Assembly: GCA_012295275.1 (NCBI GenBank)
Contig: CM022665.1
Location: 41,912,001-41,976,000, forward strand
From: Chrysomallon squamiferum
Lineage: Eukaryota > Animalia > Mollusca
DNA: 64,000 nt
Reading direction: 5' to 3'
The position numbers and the translations under genes are program-made. Below are positions 42,648 to 57,180 of the stretch, one piece after another (the stretch's first letter is position 1; the number at the start of each line of letters is the position of its first letter). The notes beneath the pieces are model-generated. The model saw only the letters and a list, made by a program, of their open reading frames with translations, did not search any database and had not been told where the DNA came from.

Positions 42648-43314
42648 CTTTCCGTGACTGAAATCTTTTGCGATCGCTAAATCTGAGAAACAGAAGAAGA
42701 ACATCAAAGTTGAGAAGTGATTAAATAAAGACTGTTGTCGATTCCATTAATTAAACATTTCCGTATTGTATCAAAACGAATTAAATTCTGAATTAGCATA
42801 TTAATGGAATGGCTTGTTTTGGTCGTTTGTGTGGTTTTCATAATGATCAAATTTTGATGCTCTCTGTCTCTTTAGGTAGAAGCTTTCTGGTAGGAGTTTT
42901 AAAATAATAATAACAATAATATTAATAATAATAATAATAATAAAAATTATATAATTTCTAGGCTTACATCAACTAAAACAGGTACTTGTAGCATCTCAAT
43001 TTAAAACATTTCAGTGAAGACATGAACAAATTAATATTCTAAATTAATTTTATATAATCATATTTTTTTATATTTTTCTATAGAATGGAGCTATCCTTTA
43101 CTAACAATAAATATAATAAACCTGGAAGATTTACAGAAGCTGTTATGTTCCTATTATTTCATGATCTTTTTTTTTTCGTTCCGAGCAGATTCAGTAAATT
43201 AATGTAACATCGTCGTATTTCTTATTATTTTTTTTTTAATCTATATGAAACTTTTTTTTTTTTTTATTGTCATATCTGTATATAAAAAAGACATAAGTTT
43301 AATAAAAACAAAAG

Positions 43315-43320
<6 letters not shown>

Positions 43321-43380
<60 letters not shown>
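43321..43380. repeat. (AG)n microsatellite
   Basis: Perfect tract. Confidence 0.95.
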
Positions 43381-43382
<2 letters not shown>

Positions 43383-43425
43383 GTAATAACCTGCCTTCAT
43401 GTGTCGTCACGTACTGTTTCAATGC

Positions 43426-43463
<38 letters not shown>

Positions 43464-43846
43464 GGGTTAGTATAGATCATCATGCATGTGCGTGTGTGTG
43501 TAATTTACAAGATTAAATAGTATATACCATGGATTTCTGATAAATGGAGAAACGTCTGCAACGGATCACACACAATTTCTGAATTCAGTCCAGGAAGATC
43601 ACTTTCCTTTATTAAATTATTTCTAAGGATTTCAAAGGCTTCTTCAAGTCGAAGCAGCAGCGTAATCGAAAGTTTTCATTGATTTCTTTTTCTTTTTCAT
43701 TGCTACAAAAAACATTTTGTAACCTTTCTGTTTTCAGTAAGTCAGTGTATATGAAATCTCCAGTTGATTAAAATGAAGATTATTCACAAAGAATATAAAT
43801 GGCATTGTAATACAAATGGATATTAAATTTTCTATATCATTATATT

Positions 43847-43848
<2 letters not shown>

Positions 43849-43929
<81 letters not shown>
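43849..43929. repeat. (TC)n microsatellite
   Basis: Perfect tract. Confidence 0.95.
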
Positions 43930-43931
<2 letters not shown>

Positions 43932-44003
43932 GAATTTGCTGTTTACTTTTAATTCTTCTTCATCATCGTCATCATCTTCTTCTTCTTCTTCTTCTCCTTC
44001 TTC

Positions 44004-44036
<33 letters not shown>

Positions 44037-45175
44037 GTTATTATTATTAGTTCTTAAAATATTATTAATGAAATGTTGTCTTCTCTTACTGAAGTTGGGG
44101 TGCATAACGTTAATAACAGAAAATGCAAGAACAAAAAATAAAAAAATAAAAAGAGGAAGATAATGAATGATTGATTTACTGGTTTTGTATATTTAACGCC
44201 GACTTTATTTACATGCGGTAAAAAAAAACCGGAACACCAGTCAAATGATGGCGGCAGCTATAAACCTTTCCCTAATCACCAAGCGCGTGATTTGCAAACT
44301 CGGCCCGGCAATAAAAAAGAATTGGTGTTATTATATCTGGTTCTAAATCTAGTGTAGATGAGAGGCGATGAAGGTAAAGCAATCTCGTATTGATTTGTGG
44401 TCAAGCAGCCGACACGATCACCTGGTGCGTTAGCCTTGGGGAGCTAAAGTATGATCGTCCACAAAAAAATGGCGACCTATACAACGTAGCCCGCCTCGAT
44501 TTACGTCGGCTTGTGTGTGTAATATCTCAGGATATGGAAACGTTCTGTTATTTACGATCGTTAAACTTTATTTCCGTTTCCAATTCCAGTTAGCAGCCTA
44601 CTTCTGTAATCCCATAAAAGCCGTTTTTGACGGTTTGCAATGAGAGTCGTTCGTTTTTGACGTTTCGCTGATAACGAGCGGAGGCAAATCAAATAGGAAA
44701 TGTGTTCGTTACATTCAGACATGACGTGCTTAAGCCTCTGGACGATTATATCAGAAAATTAAGAGTTAAACAGCTGAAATAATGAACCACCATTTGATTA
44801 GCCAGTCGGAATATTAAATTGAAAATTTCCTTCGTCCGCCCCGCGGATATTACTTGATTAAATGCTTGGTTCTTTCAGTATGGGTTTTCTTTATCCTTTA
44901 TTATACTGCCTGTCTTTGAAACAGACAAAGCGAAAATAAATAAATAAAAAAATAATAATAATAAAAAAAAAAAAAAAAGGAAGAAAGACTGCTGAAAACA
45001 AATAAAATACGTTTTGTTCCTTTTCTGCATCCACTTAAGAGATATGGGCTTAAACGAATATATTATGATTTTTAGTTTTAATTTTTAATATTTTAAAATT
45101 ATTATTATTATTATTGTTGTTATTGTTGTTGTTGTTGTTGTTATTTTGTTTGCTTTACTTATATCGTTATGCCTT

Positions 45176-45179
<4 letters not shown>

Positions 45180-45268
<89 letters not shown>
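45180..45268. repeat. (TC)n microsatellite
   Basis: Perfect tract. Confidence 0.95.
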
Positions 45269-45274
<6 letters not shown>

Positions 45275-45806
45275 CATCCACCGCCCTCTAATGTTAGATT
45301 ATAAATATTTATTCTGCATAAACGTAGACATTTCTTCTCTGTCTGTCCGCAGTTAATAAGCTTAACTCTATCTCAGCATCGCCCTCGTCAAATCAAACCG
45401 ATAACAAGATTTTCTTTTATATCGGAGAATTTACATTTAAACCGATTGAAAGTTTCCACCGACGAATCAGCCTAACATTATTCACAAATTCAATAAGACC
45501 TCCAGACATGCCTGAAGCGCCTGCAATTTGAGCTCAATCAATGGTCAAAGAGTTTTCAGAATTATCTGCAGTATCTCTCGATTCTTTCAGCCTCGCAGAA
45601 GACCAAAAATTAAACATCTATAACACGAAGTCTGACAAGTAAATATATTTATTTCAAGAGATTATTTTATTTATTTATTTACTGTTAATGATAAAGTATG
45701 AAGTTCTTGACTATGTATGGATGCTGCTTTTATTCTTCTTTTTTAATGTGATATACATAGAAACACAAACAGATATGATAGACTGTAAACGTAATAATTT
45801 TGCAAT

Positions 45807-45837
<31 letters not shown>

Positions 45838-46069
45838 CCACAGGCAAAGTTTTCCGTATCTAAAGTTCAGACAGTGTCTGTGTAAGTATCTATGTATGTA
45901 CGTACTCATGTAAGTGTGCATTTACGAATTAATATTCTGATTAGATTTTGTACATAAACAAAATTCCGGCACGCACAGGAGGACGTATTTAAATTCTCGA
46001 CCTCATAACAGTCAGATGCCACTGACGAGATTCGAACGTATGTCATCCATTCGCCCGCTCGCATACCAA

Positions 46070-46104
<35 letters not shown>

Positions 46105-46282
46105 TATGTATGTATGTGTGTATGTGGTTAATATGGTTATTATATGTGTGCATCCATGTGTGTGTATATATATATATATATAGGTTGGTAGCTAGATAGG
46201 TATGTATATATTACGTATGCTTGTATATACGTGTTTATAATTACGAATTTATATATCAAGGTTCAGTTGTTAGTTTTTTTCT

Positions 46283-46341
<59 letters not shown>

Positions 46342-48624
46342 ACATATATATCTATATATGTGTGTGAGTATATATATACTCACACACGGTGTATGTACAC
46401 GCATACATACATACAGACAAACACACACACACACACCTACATATCATTTTAAAAAGTAATAGACAGGCTGTGAGATTTGGCCTGGAACTGTTTTCACTGA
46501 ACAGTCAGTTTCGAAACAGTTAATTTGCTGTGGTTAGCGGTATTTATTTTTGACGATATCCAATTTATGGTTTTCAAAAATGATTCACTAACGGCTGTAC
46601 GCCAGAATTAGAATGATTGGTCTGCGATTTTATGTGTCTATAAGATATTATCGTTCCTTATAATTCATTTTCCACGCTCCAGTGCACAAATATTGGTTTT
46701 TAGGGATTGGCGACACAGTCTCATTTCTCCAAAGTGTTTTTAGCTGGTGCGAGGGTGCAGCTGTACGCAAAGAATACAACACCTTGACGGTGTAAGACAC
46801 GTTTAATGACTGTGTTATTATATTCATATTATTTCTCGTTTCCTGTCAATAACAATATCGATTTATCCAGTAAAAACTTAATGATAAAATATACGAATAA
46901 AATTTACCTTCGGTTAGCCAAAGGTAGGAGAAGTGGGCTTTGTATCATCAATATTATACATCATTATTCATTTATATGTATATTAAGACAACACCTGACT
47001 AGTGCTGTTGCTATGGTGACGTAAACAAATATTTTCTTTGTTAAATATCTATAATATTTGTGAATCTGTTAATTGAAATTAATTATTTACTGACAGGAAA
47101 AGAGCATGTTATTGCTGGATTTGAAATTAAGAAGCAGTGTTTATCGATATTTTTTTTTTTATGGTCGTGGTATATTTTCCTTTTGTCTGTCGTTTTAGGA
47201 AATGTTAAGACACTGTTATTTGTTTATCTTTTCTTATATATACCAAATAGTTACTGTTTCTGAAAAAAAAAGCAAAAAAAAAAGAGATATAAGGCTTAAA
47301 TTAGTAGTTGTCCAAGTCCTGAAATACATTTACGTATGTAACAGCAAATAGCTATAATATATTAATTAATTTTTAATGATACTCCCCAGTAAAAACGTGT
47401 TTAGTTAGAACAAACGTGTCTTAGTCAGTAACGAACAAACGTGTACATGTGTGTCTGTGTCTCAATATGTGTGTATCCCATTATTTGATACTGATTTGGT
47501 ATCCACGAAAACTGTTATTATATTTTTATATTTGTAATTATACAAGAGTGTCCATAATTTGTTTGCAAGCTGCAAATGTTTTGAAATTAACTAAGCATTC
47601 GCCTTTGAACATTCTCTGTTTCAACCATTTTGATTAAGTTATATAAGGGAAATAAATGAACAAAGTTAATGTTATAAAACATTCTTACAGTGAAGCTCCT
47701 CTGCTTGCTAGTTTATTATTTTCATCATCATTATCATTATCATTATCATCATCGTCTACTTTTTCTTCATTACCGCCATCGTCATCAACATCATCACTGT
47801 TGTTGTTGTTGTGTTTTTTTTATCATCTCTCTCGGCCTCCGTCGTCGTTATTAGTATTACTAATGTTTTTATTTTATTTTATTATTTCTGTTTTAATTTC
47901 TGTTTACATTATCAAAAAAAGAGCTTGACTTAAAATACAGAACTAAAAAAAAAAAAAAAAAAAATTATTCACGTCACATCAGCACCGTATAAAATGTCAA
48001 ACAGGTCCAAAACAGGAGTATCACCGTTTAATTTGGTCTTCGACAAGGATTCCACATCTACGCCATTATTTTCCGTCGTGAATGCAAACCGACATTTGGA
48101 GGGTTTCTCTCTAACGGATCTGATATCAATAACAGAAACCCGTCAGAGACGATTGTAACCAGAAAGCTCGTCCATGCTTCATGTTTTAAGCGTCTGTATG
48201 CTCGGAAATGAAGTCTGACGATGCCAGGTGCACAGTTTTAGCAATTCCAATAACGACTCCTTTCGATATGTCTGAAGCAGATACGGCACGAGTCAGTAGA
48301 CTCGGTATATTGTTTCGATGAAGAACTTTCGCGACATAAATGTCTAATATTTCAGTCCCACGAGTCTAAATGTGGAACAAGCAACATTTGTGACGTCTTT
48401 TGTGATAAACGATACGATTTACAAAGAATAATTACGTTTGTCTCTCTCTCTCTCTCTGGCTCTAACTCTTTTCTCTCTTCTTTAGTTTAATAATAGATAT
48501 GGATTACGTGTATATATATATTATATTATATATATATGTATGTGTGTATATATATATAGTGGTGGATCAAGCATAATTTAAGACTTCTTTTTGTGATGTA
48601 CAAAACAGTTTACATAGAATAATT

Positions 48625-48627
<3 letters not shown>

Positions 48628-48692
<65 letters not shown>
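48628..48692. repeat. (TC)n microsatellite
   Basis: Perfect tract. Confidence 0.95.
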
Positions 48693-48697
<5 letters not shown>

Positions 48698-49145
48698 ATA
48701 ACAGAACTAACTTACTGTTTATCTTTATTTTTATTTTTTTTTATACAAATGTTTTTTCTAAAAGTTTTTTTTTCTTGAAAAAAGTAAAAGACCGACACAT
48801 TATATAAAATAGTTTTATTGTAAACAAAGTGCTTAAAATTTCAATGATAGTAAAGTGCACAATAATAGGATATTGTTTAAACTCAGTTTTGTTTTAAACA
48901 TGTTATTTCAATGGCTGGGCACATTTCCCAGCAAAAATGATTACAACTGTAAAGGTTCCTGCTGTAGAACGTAAAATGTACGTATGTATGTGTGTGTAAA
49001 TATATGTGTTTATATATCCATTGAAAAAACACAATGTCAAAATAACATAAAACAGTCGTTATTTCAGCGAATAATCATGCTAAAAGGATATATTAATTAC
49101 AAGCTCATCCATTTAGAAATAACTATATTACAGTAAACAACTAAC

Positions 49146-49176
<31 letters not shown>

Positions 49177-49609
49177 AATTAAAACAATAAATTTATTTTT
49201 TTTTAAAAATAACAATATTCTATAAACCTAAGCAGTAATTATCGAGCTCGTACTCGTGAAATTTCTGTGTGGACATATAATGTCTATTTAACCTTGACAC
49301 GCTTTGAGTAATAGTTTCTAAACGACAACTTAGGGTTAACGTAAGTCGTGTCGTCTGCTGAAGTTAATTAATTTCTCAAGTTTTTTTCTTTCTTCTTTTT
49401 AAAATAATAATAATAATACTTTAAAAAGGTGAATCTTATCTTACATCTGTCAGCAAAAGAGATTAATGTAAATCAGGGTGTTTATTTAAACCTGTTCATG
49501 CTTTACTTTTATTAAGACATATAAGATTACGTGAGCTATATCTGAACTTTTCTCCATTTAACACAGCTAGAACATTCACCTACTTATAATAATTGTTGTT
49601 ATTATAGAT

Positions 49610-49788
49610 AATACATACATTGACGCGCACACACATACATACAGAGAAACATACATACGTACATATGCACACATATACATACATACACGTACACTCATAC
49701 ATACATACCTACATATATATGTACGTACGTACATACATACATACATACATACATACATACATACATACATACATACATACATACATAC
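49610..49788. repeat. (TACA)n tetranucleotide repeat with degenerate flank
   Basis: Perfect ACAT array at ~49731-49788. Confidence 0.9.
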
Positions 49789-50843
49789 AAACGACCTTTG
49801 AATAATTATATATTATATGCTGAACAAATACATTCCCAAGATGTGTCTATAAACCCGATAAAAACTGATTAGAATAAATTAGGTAGTTTCATTTCTCGAC
49901 TTGTTGAACAATATATATTTTGTTTTTATTATATTAAAGCGTATCATTAAAAAACGGTAGTCTCATTAAAACATCCAGTATTATTTTCAAATAAAACACT
50001 AAAAAGGATAATTTAACATAATTATAATTTCAAAAACATACATTGCAATCTGGTATCAAAACGATTAGAGCATATATTCAAATATATTACAGTATTTTTG
50101 AAGAAAAAAAGTAAAAAAGATATACTCGTAAGAAATACTTTTAAAAAAAAGAAGAAAACAACAATAAAATTTGAATTATAACTGGTATAACAAAATATAA
50201 ATGAAATATTTAAAAAAAAATTAACTAGAAAATGTGAACAATGAACCAAATACATTCTACTAAATTCCGGAATTAAACACATGCTTCAAGAATGAGTTCT
50301 ATTGATATTTCTATGTACGTAGTGACGTCACTAGTATAGCAACAAGAAAAGAAAATGGCGATCAATCAAAATGCAGTTTTACTTGTTATATTTTCTTATT
50401 TATAAAGGTTGGCTAAAAGAAAAAAAAACGACTATAGAAATATACAAAATGTATTTAGGATGTACGTTCGCACAATCACATATACATTTAAAAAAACAAA
50501 AACAAAAACAAATCAAGTATTAATAATGGCATACTGAAACAATCCATACTGGTTATACGAAGATAAAACTGATCGTTATCAACAGTGAATAAATTATGAT
50601 AATTTGGTACTAATATGTTGCGATATTTAACATTGCAACAAATCTGTAATAAGCATTTGAGAAATGAATTATAACAATATCGCAAATTATATACAGAATA
50701 TATAATCATTTGTCCAACAAAATATATCTATTTTGGTGACAACTTAATTTTTTTTTTAATTTTAAAAAAGAAAATAAACGAGATTTAGAAACAAAAACAA
50801 AACAAAACAAACAAAAACCAATATTAATTTTAAAAACACACAA

Positions 50844-50874
<31 letters not shown>

Positions 50875-51687
50875 GAAGAAGAAAAAAGGAAAGAAATCTT
50901 GCATAATTAATAATTGCATGTTTTAATTTCGTCTACAATACAAAATAAATTTAAAAAGAGGGGAAAAAGCAAACAAACACCTAACCCTACCCTCCCAACC
51001 AACCGTCCCTGTCCACACACCCACGAATAAAGACGGACGGACACACACACACACACACACGCGCCGACCGTGTATCGCACCACTGGTTCTTAAAACAAAG
51101 TTCCGCGTAAGGTTTGATCGTCTGCTTTTCTGCAAGGGAGTCTGAAATTGACAGAGGTTTGAAATAACTACCATCGTTATAGCAGACGTCAGCGCAGGCG
51201 GAGAAAATTGTATCAAGTGGTCATTTGCCGGCAAGATCTGTAGGAATCATTGCTCAGAGAGACGAGCAAACTAGCATTTGTTGACTTAACAGTCAGACGG
51301 GTTGATCTGAAGATTGCCCTGAACAACAGGGCAGACTGATTAAACGTACAGTAATTATTACTGTAATTTCAAGTAGTAAATTAAACAAACACGGTCTAGT
51401 TCTAGGTGTTTCGATTTTGTCAACTACTTTGCATTTCTCAGACATTGTTGTTGTTTTTACCAAACACATATTTATTCGTTTGTTTCTTTAATTATATTTA
51501 TTATTATATTATGTGGTCATTTTCTGTTTCTTCATTCTCCTCTCCACATTTAATTAGTTATGAATAAGAATGTTTCAAATTATTCTGACTAAAATTCGTC
51601 TGAGATCAAGTTAATATATTATTGTTGTTGTTGTTGTTGAAGTCGTTATTGTAATTGTTATTACTGTTAGTTTTTCTGTTTATTTTA

Positions 51688-51711
51688 TTGTTGTTGTTGT
51701 TGTTGTTGTTG

Positions 51712-51778
<67 letters not shown>

Positions 51779-51812
51779 TACTACTACTACTACTACTGCT
51801 GCTACCATTACT
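51688..51812. repeat. Compound (TTG)n(ATT)n(ACT)n trinucleotide microsatellite
   Basis: Directly visible. Confidence 0.9.
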
Positions 51813-53141
51813 AAAATAAACTTTTAATCAAATATAAAGAAAAAATAAAACCTATTTGTCATTAAAGAATGCAATTATCTATCAAAGAACAACCAAAACT
51901 TAGGCAGGTAATCCTGGCCAAGACAGGCGTGCATAGTAGGTTATACATCCACAATTACGTGCCAGTACCGTGTTCCTATAACAGATGTCTCGGAACTGAT
52001 TATTGGTTGTTTGTCTGACAGGCTGGGATTGGTCGAGATAACTTTGATATGTTGAACAGAGTAAATTTGGTGTATGTCATCTTGAACGCGTACTCTACGA
52101 TTCTAAACTAACTGCTGAAGATAATATTTGTGTAGGTGTCCTGATGTTTCAACTCGTAAATTAAATCTGGTTAGAAGCCATTAGAGAGTTATGTTGTCAG
52201 CTGTAATCGGTTGAGTCGCGTTTTGAGTTGCGTGCCATGACGTACAATTAATGTTTAGTAAAGTTTAATGTAACTTCCATAGGAACTTTCTGCGTAAAAT
52301 AAAAATGAGAAAACTGGAAAGAAAAACAAAAGAGAAATCAAACAATACATTCTTAAATCTAAGACCGAAAAAAAAAAAAACTACTTTACTGAGAAACAGT
52401 TCTTAGTGTCTTAAGCTTAGCTAGTCATTTTGAATTATGTATTTAAAATGAAGGTTTCTTCGAGCAGTTAAATGCATTACATTTAGTTGGACGTCATGCA
52501 CACTAAAGACTGAATTTAGCCATGACGAACCACTAAGCTACAGAAACCCTATTTGACAGGCGCTAATTGAGAATAAAACTTTTTGACAACAGAAATACAA
52601 TTCCGAGAGATCGCTTCTGATTAGGAGGAGGCTGCAAGTTGTAAGATTTTAACTTATTTATAGGTCTGACTTTGGATATATTACTGAGGAAACACTATGT
52701 ACATTTACATTTCAGTAACCATACTGAGCGTGTAAACTGATAATAATAATAATAATAATAACAAAAACAACAACAACAGTATAAGTATGAATGATAGCGA
52801 TAACTGTGCTAATGAAAACATTAAAGGCGGGCAATGAATAATCAACGACAACGGTAATGAAGGAAAGAAACATTGGCATTAATATTCTTCATATTTCTAT
52901 TTAATTTTTTTTTTTTTTTTTTTACTGTAGCAGATATACAAAAGTATTATAAGAATATATTACATTTTCACACTTCAAAGAATTATTTATATACACCTAT
53001 CAATATGACCGGCTTCCAAGACACTTAAAAATAATTCAGTGTTTTATATGTATATATACATATATATATACAAAATAGCAGACGGTTTTTTTTTTCTTTT
53101 AGCAAATACGCTAACTTAAAAACAACGTCACTCTCGTTACA

Positions 53142-54025
53142 TCATCCACCTGGGTCGTACTCATCTTGACCTAGTTTTTTGTTCAGTATTGCAAGAGGAC
53201 CGACGCCATCTTGAAAACCTCCAGCATTGTGAGAATTGCCTCTCTGAGAGGTTTCCCACAGCTGTTTTTGCATCATGGCTAATGAAATCTTGTTAGCTTG
53301 CAGAAAGTCTTTCATGGAAATCATTTCTCCAGAGTTCCTCCTGTACTCCGAGTCACTGTCAAAATCGTTGTCCATCACAGTGACCGTGGGAGTTTTCGCA
53401 CCCCTGTGTAAATGTCCGGGCGTGATCGCGTTTCTCCGCGTTCTCGGAGGCCTTTTCACGCGACACTGGCAGTTCAGTCTGCGCAGAAGCCAGTTCAAAA
53501 ACTGTTTTATCACAATAGAAGTAACGTTGAATAAACTATATATAAAACAACAACCCACCATTATAAAGAAAAAATTACCCAGCCTGTAAAAAGTCTCGTT
53601 ATCGTATTTCGATTTCTGACTGACGACGTAGTCCCCGAACCCTATCGTGGCGAAGGTGACGAAACAGAAGTAGATGGCTTCGAAGTAGGTCCAGTTCTCC
53701 ACGGGATAATACATGGCCGAAGCACAGCAGGCTATCACCGAAGCACCAAGAAGCAGGATCAGCATCACCCAGTACACCGAGGGTTTCCAAGAGTCTAGAC
53801 TCTCGTCATCGTCAGACGTCTGAGAATCTCGTCTGACCTTGTCGTGACCCGCGCCTTTGCGTCTAAGGTCACGCTCGTGAACGGCGCGCAGAATGTACGC
53901 CAGGAACGTTATAATCCTCTCCAGGAACAGGTTAAAGAACAAAAAGGCGCCGGCACATCCAAAGAAGCCGTAGAATATCAAAACTATCTGTCCTCCTGTC
54001 GTCTGGGGAGTGGTCATTCCGAAAC
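53142..54025 (-). CDS. KCNK13: Two-pore-domain K+ channel, THIK subfamily (KCNK12/KCNK13-like), terminal coding exon
   Basis: TTTTCAG acceptor then (G)FGMTTPQTTGG (end of pore loop 1); second pore YFCFVTFATIGFGDYV; THIK-typical SWKPSVYWVM, MISMKDFLQANKISLAMMQKQL and GVGPLAILNKKL. The intron interrupts the P1 GFG motif. No upstream exon found in the window, so it probably lies beyond 64000. Likely co-orthologous to KCNK12 and KCNK13. Confidence 0.92.
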
Positions 54026-56028
54026 CTGAAAAAATATAAAAAAACGAAACGTAAAATAAACGTCTATGAATAATAATTTAACTGAACTTTTTTATAAGAT
54101 TATAAGATTTAAAAGTTGAAATGTATTCTGTTCAGAAAAACAAGAGTTGTATTTTATTTTGATGGTTAACTATAAGATTAGACGTTACATAAACAACAGA
54201 ATAATTTAAATGATGGTGACGATATCTATATTGAATAGAAACTAGTGTTTACATAAATGGCAAAAGATTATGACATTTATTTTAAAGTATAAATCAAGTA
54301 ACAGAATTTATAGTGTGAGTAAGTGAAATGATTAAGATTCAGACAATCTACATTTCTGTTTATGTAAACAGTTTATTGCAAAGTTGAGAAAACTGTAACA
54401 AAATTAACTAAACATTCAGTATATACATATATATATAAATATCAGTCAGTCATGTATATTATACGAATAAGGGAGATGATAGTCAATACTACTGTTATTA
54501 TAAAACATCATTAAGAAAATTCATTATAATAAAATTTTAAATTTTCATGCCAAATAGAATTTTTTATTTTATTTTATTTATTATTTTTTTTTTTGATCGT
54601 ACGAAACAAATCCATTAAGTGATATTTACTTATTTATTCAATACAAATAAACTAATGGTAACTTGAGACATGAAATGTATGTGCTTTTACACTTGTTAAA
54701 TATTTAATACAGAGTCAACAAAGGACACTCGTAGATCAGCAACAGAAACGATCGAAATCTGAAGAGAGCAGGATCAGAGAACATGCAAAGAGGCTGATGT
54801 TTATCAGTGGATCTTAAAGGAAGCATGTTCACGAGGAATACAAAACAGAGACTGTGATGTTTATCAAGAAGATTTTTCATCGCTGTTTCTTATCCATTTC
54901 AGTTATATTCGCGTTCCATTTTATCATATCCTTCACTAAGTCCCATATCTCAGTTTGTTTTTATTCCTCATGTTTAAACAGTCCATAATTATATAAAATA
55001 TATATGTATGGAAATATGTACGCATATATGTATGTATGTATGTCCTACGTATTTATGTATATATGTGAATGTTTAGGAATGCGTGTGTGTGTTTGTAATA
55101 CTTTCACCTTAGTATATACCATATATCCGTAAATAACGGGAAAGTTATTTGAGGAATACAATCTGAATAATAATGATAATAAATGTGAGGCATAGGTAAA
55201 CATGAAGTAGTTGATGGACCGTCTTGCACATCCACAGTAACTGAATTTAATGAACATTCCACAAAAAAAAAACATCGCTACACCAAGCTAAACATCAAAC
55301 ATATCTTTGACACGAAAACCTAAAATTGCAAACTGAACACATACATACATATATTTTATTCTTAAACTCAGACGTTTAAAAAAACACAACAAAAAAATAA
55401 AAAACCAACCAAACTGTTGACTGATTTCAAAGAAACTGAAACACCTTTAACACGATAAATTGAACTTTCAAACGCAGACATGTCGAAACCAAATGGAATT
55501 GATTGATTATTTTAGAAGATTATATTCTTTAGAACTCGCTTGGAGTATTTGCAAAAAAAAAAAAAAAAAAACCCGGCGCGTGGGGTGCGTACTGTTAGAC
55601 ATCTATCGTATTAAAGTGTTTGCTGAATTTATTACATCGACTCAGCGTCGATGCTAAGTCAGTTTGTATCGACAGACCCCAGGAAAGCGGAATAAACAGA
55701 GATATAAATGGTTATTGCTTTCAGATATCGGTTATTGTCATGCAAAGGTTAGAAACTCTGGGTGCCTCTAGCCATTGTGGCTCTCGGTACTTGAAGAAAA
55801 ATGTAGGAATAGAAATGTAATAAATTTCACAGGCTAGAAAATAGGCCGCGTCGCAGGGCAGAATTAAGATGGATGACTGGTAGTTTTGCATGATGCGCGA
55901 AGACACTGAACCAAACGATAAAGGTTGTATGCACTCTGTTAATGTTGCTGTTGCCGCTGTTGTTGTTTTGCTGCTGTTTTTTTTTTGTTGTGTTATTAAC
56001 GTTACTGCTATTGGTATTGCTATTATTA

Positions 56029-56068
<40 letters not shown>

Positions 56069-56069
56069 G

Positions 56070-56105
<36 letters not shown>

Positions 56106-56984
56106 GTTTGTTTTGTTGTTGGCTTTGTTGATGTTGTTGCCAGTATAGTCGTCAATCCATCAATTCATCGCACATTTTGAATTACCCATCCACTTCAATA
56201 TTTTTCTCCACTGTACGTATTCATTCAACATCCATCATCCAACATTCAGCATCTATCATTCAGTCTATACCACCTCTCATCAGTCTAACCACAAACCTAT
56301 CCATCTTTTCATATACACTTTCCAATCCTTTTATTCTTATTCATGTCCCTGACAATCTGTTTATTTATTTATTTTCTTCTTCCGTTTTTCTTCAGATTTT
56401 ACTTCACATCATCCATTCCCCCCATATAAACACACTCACGCTTTCATTAATCCTTCAATCTGTTTCTCTTTAAGTCCATCCTTAATTGGCCATCAGCAAA
56501 CGCCAGTCATCCATCTATGTATCATTCACCGAAGAAGAGTTATTTTAACATTAAAGTTTCACGTTCGGTCATATTTTGACATTCAATTAGCGCGAATGAC
56601 GACAGCGCATTTCTTATCGGCCTGAAACACTGACAGAAAGAGACCTACTCTGTGATTAGATCTCAATTTCCTACACCGAAACTGTTTACCACACATCAGT
56701 ACCCCAGTTTTGTCTCACTGTGTCAGTGATCAATGTGCGGTCGTGTTATTATTTTGGGACTGAAAAGGACGCTCGATGAATCAAAACGCAGACGACAGAA
56801 AATTGGGACAAGGAAGCCGGTGCGCATCGCACGAACTACTGTGGCTGGAAGCAGACGTCAAAACAAGTACTCGACAGAATCCTGAGTGATCTCCAGGAAA
56901 ATGGCCGCTGTTCACTGTTAGAGCGAAAAGCTTATGCATAATGGATCGTAGAATTCATTTTCCTTATTGAGCACCTACGCAGAC

Positions 56985-57180
56985 GATTCGTTTGTGTTTT
57001 CCCGTTTATGGGAATGTACACCTATAAGTTATCTTGCTGCTAAAAGACATCATCTGGACTCCAACGCTCGCGATTCGTTTTAGGTTTCCCCGTATATGAG
57101 GAGGTGAACCAGGAAAATATTTTGCTGCTAGCAAATAAGAAAAGGCATGAAGTAACTGCAATGGGTTTCCTATCCTACCG
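56985..57180 (-). mobile_element. Degenerate SINE-like fragments (two partial tandem copies ending TTGCTGCTA)
   Basis: Internal duplication (CGATTCGTTT..TTCCCG..TATG..TTGCTGCTA twice) and similarity to 36140-36190 on the opposite strand. Confidence 0.45.

Noticed and set aside
45965-46060. Possible tRNA gene (GTTCGAATC on the minus strand)
   Set aside because: No cloverleaf or A-box could be built; at most a SINE-head remnant.
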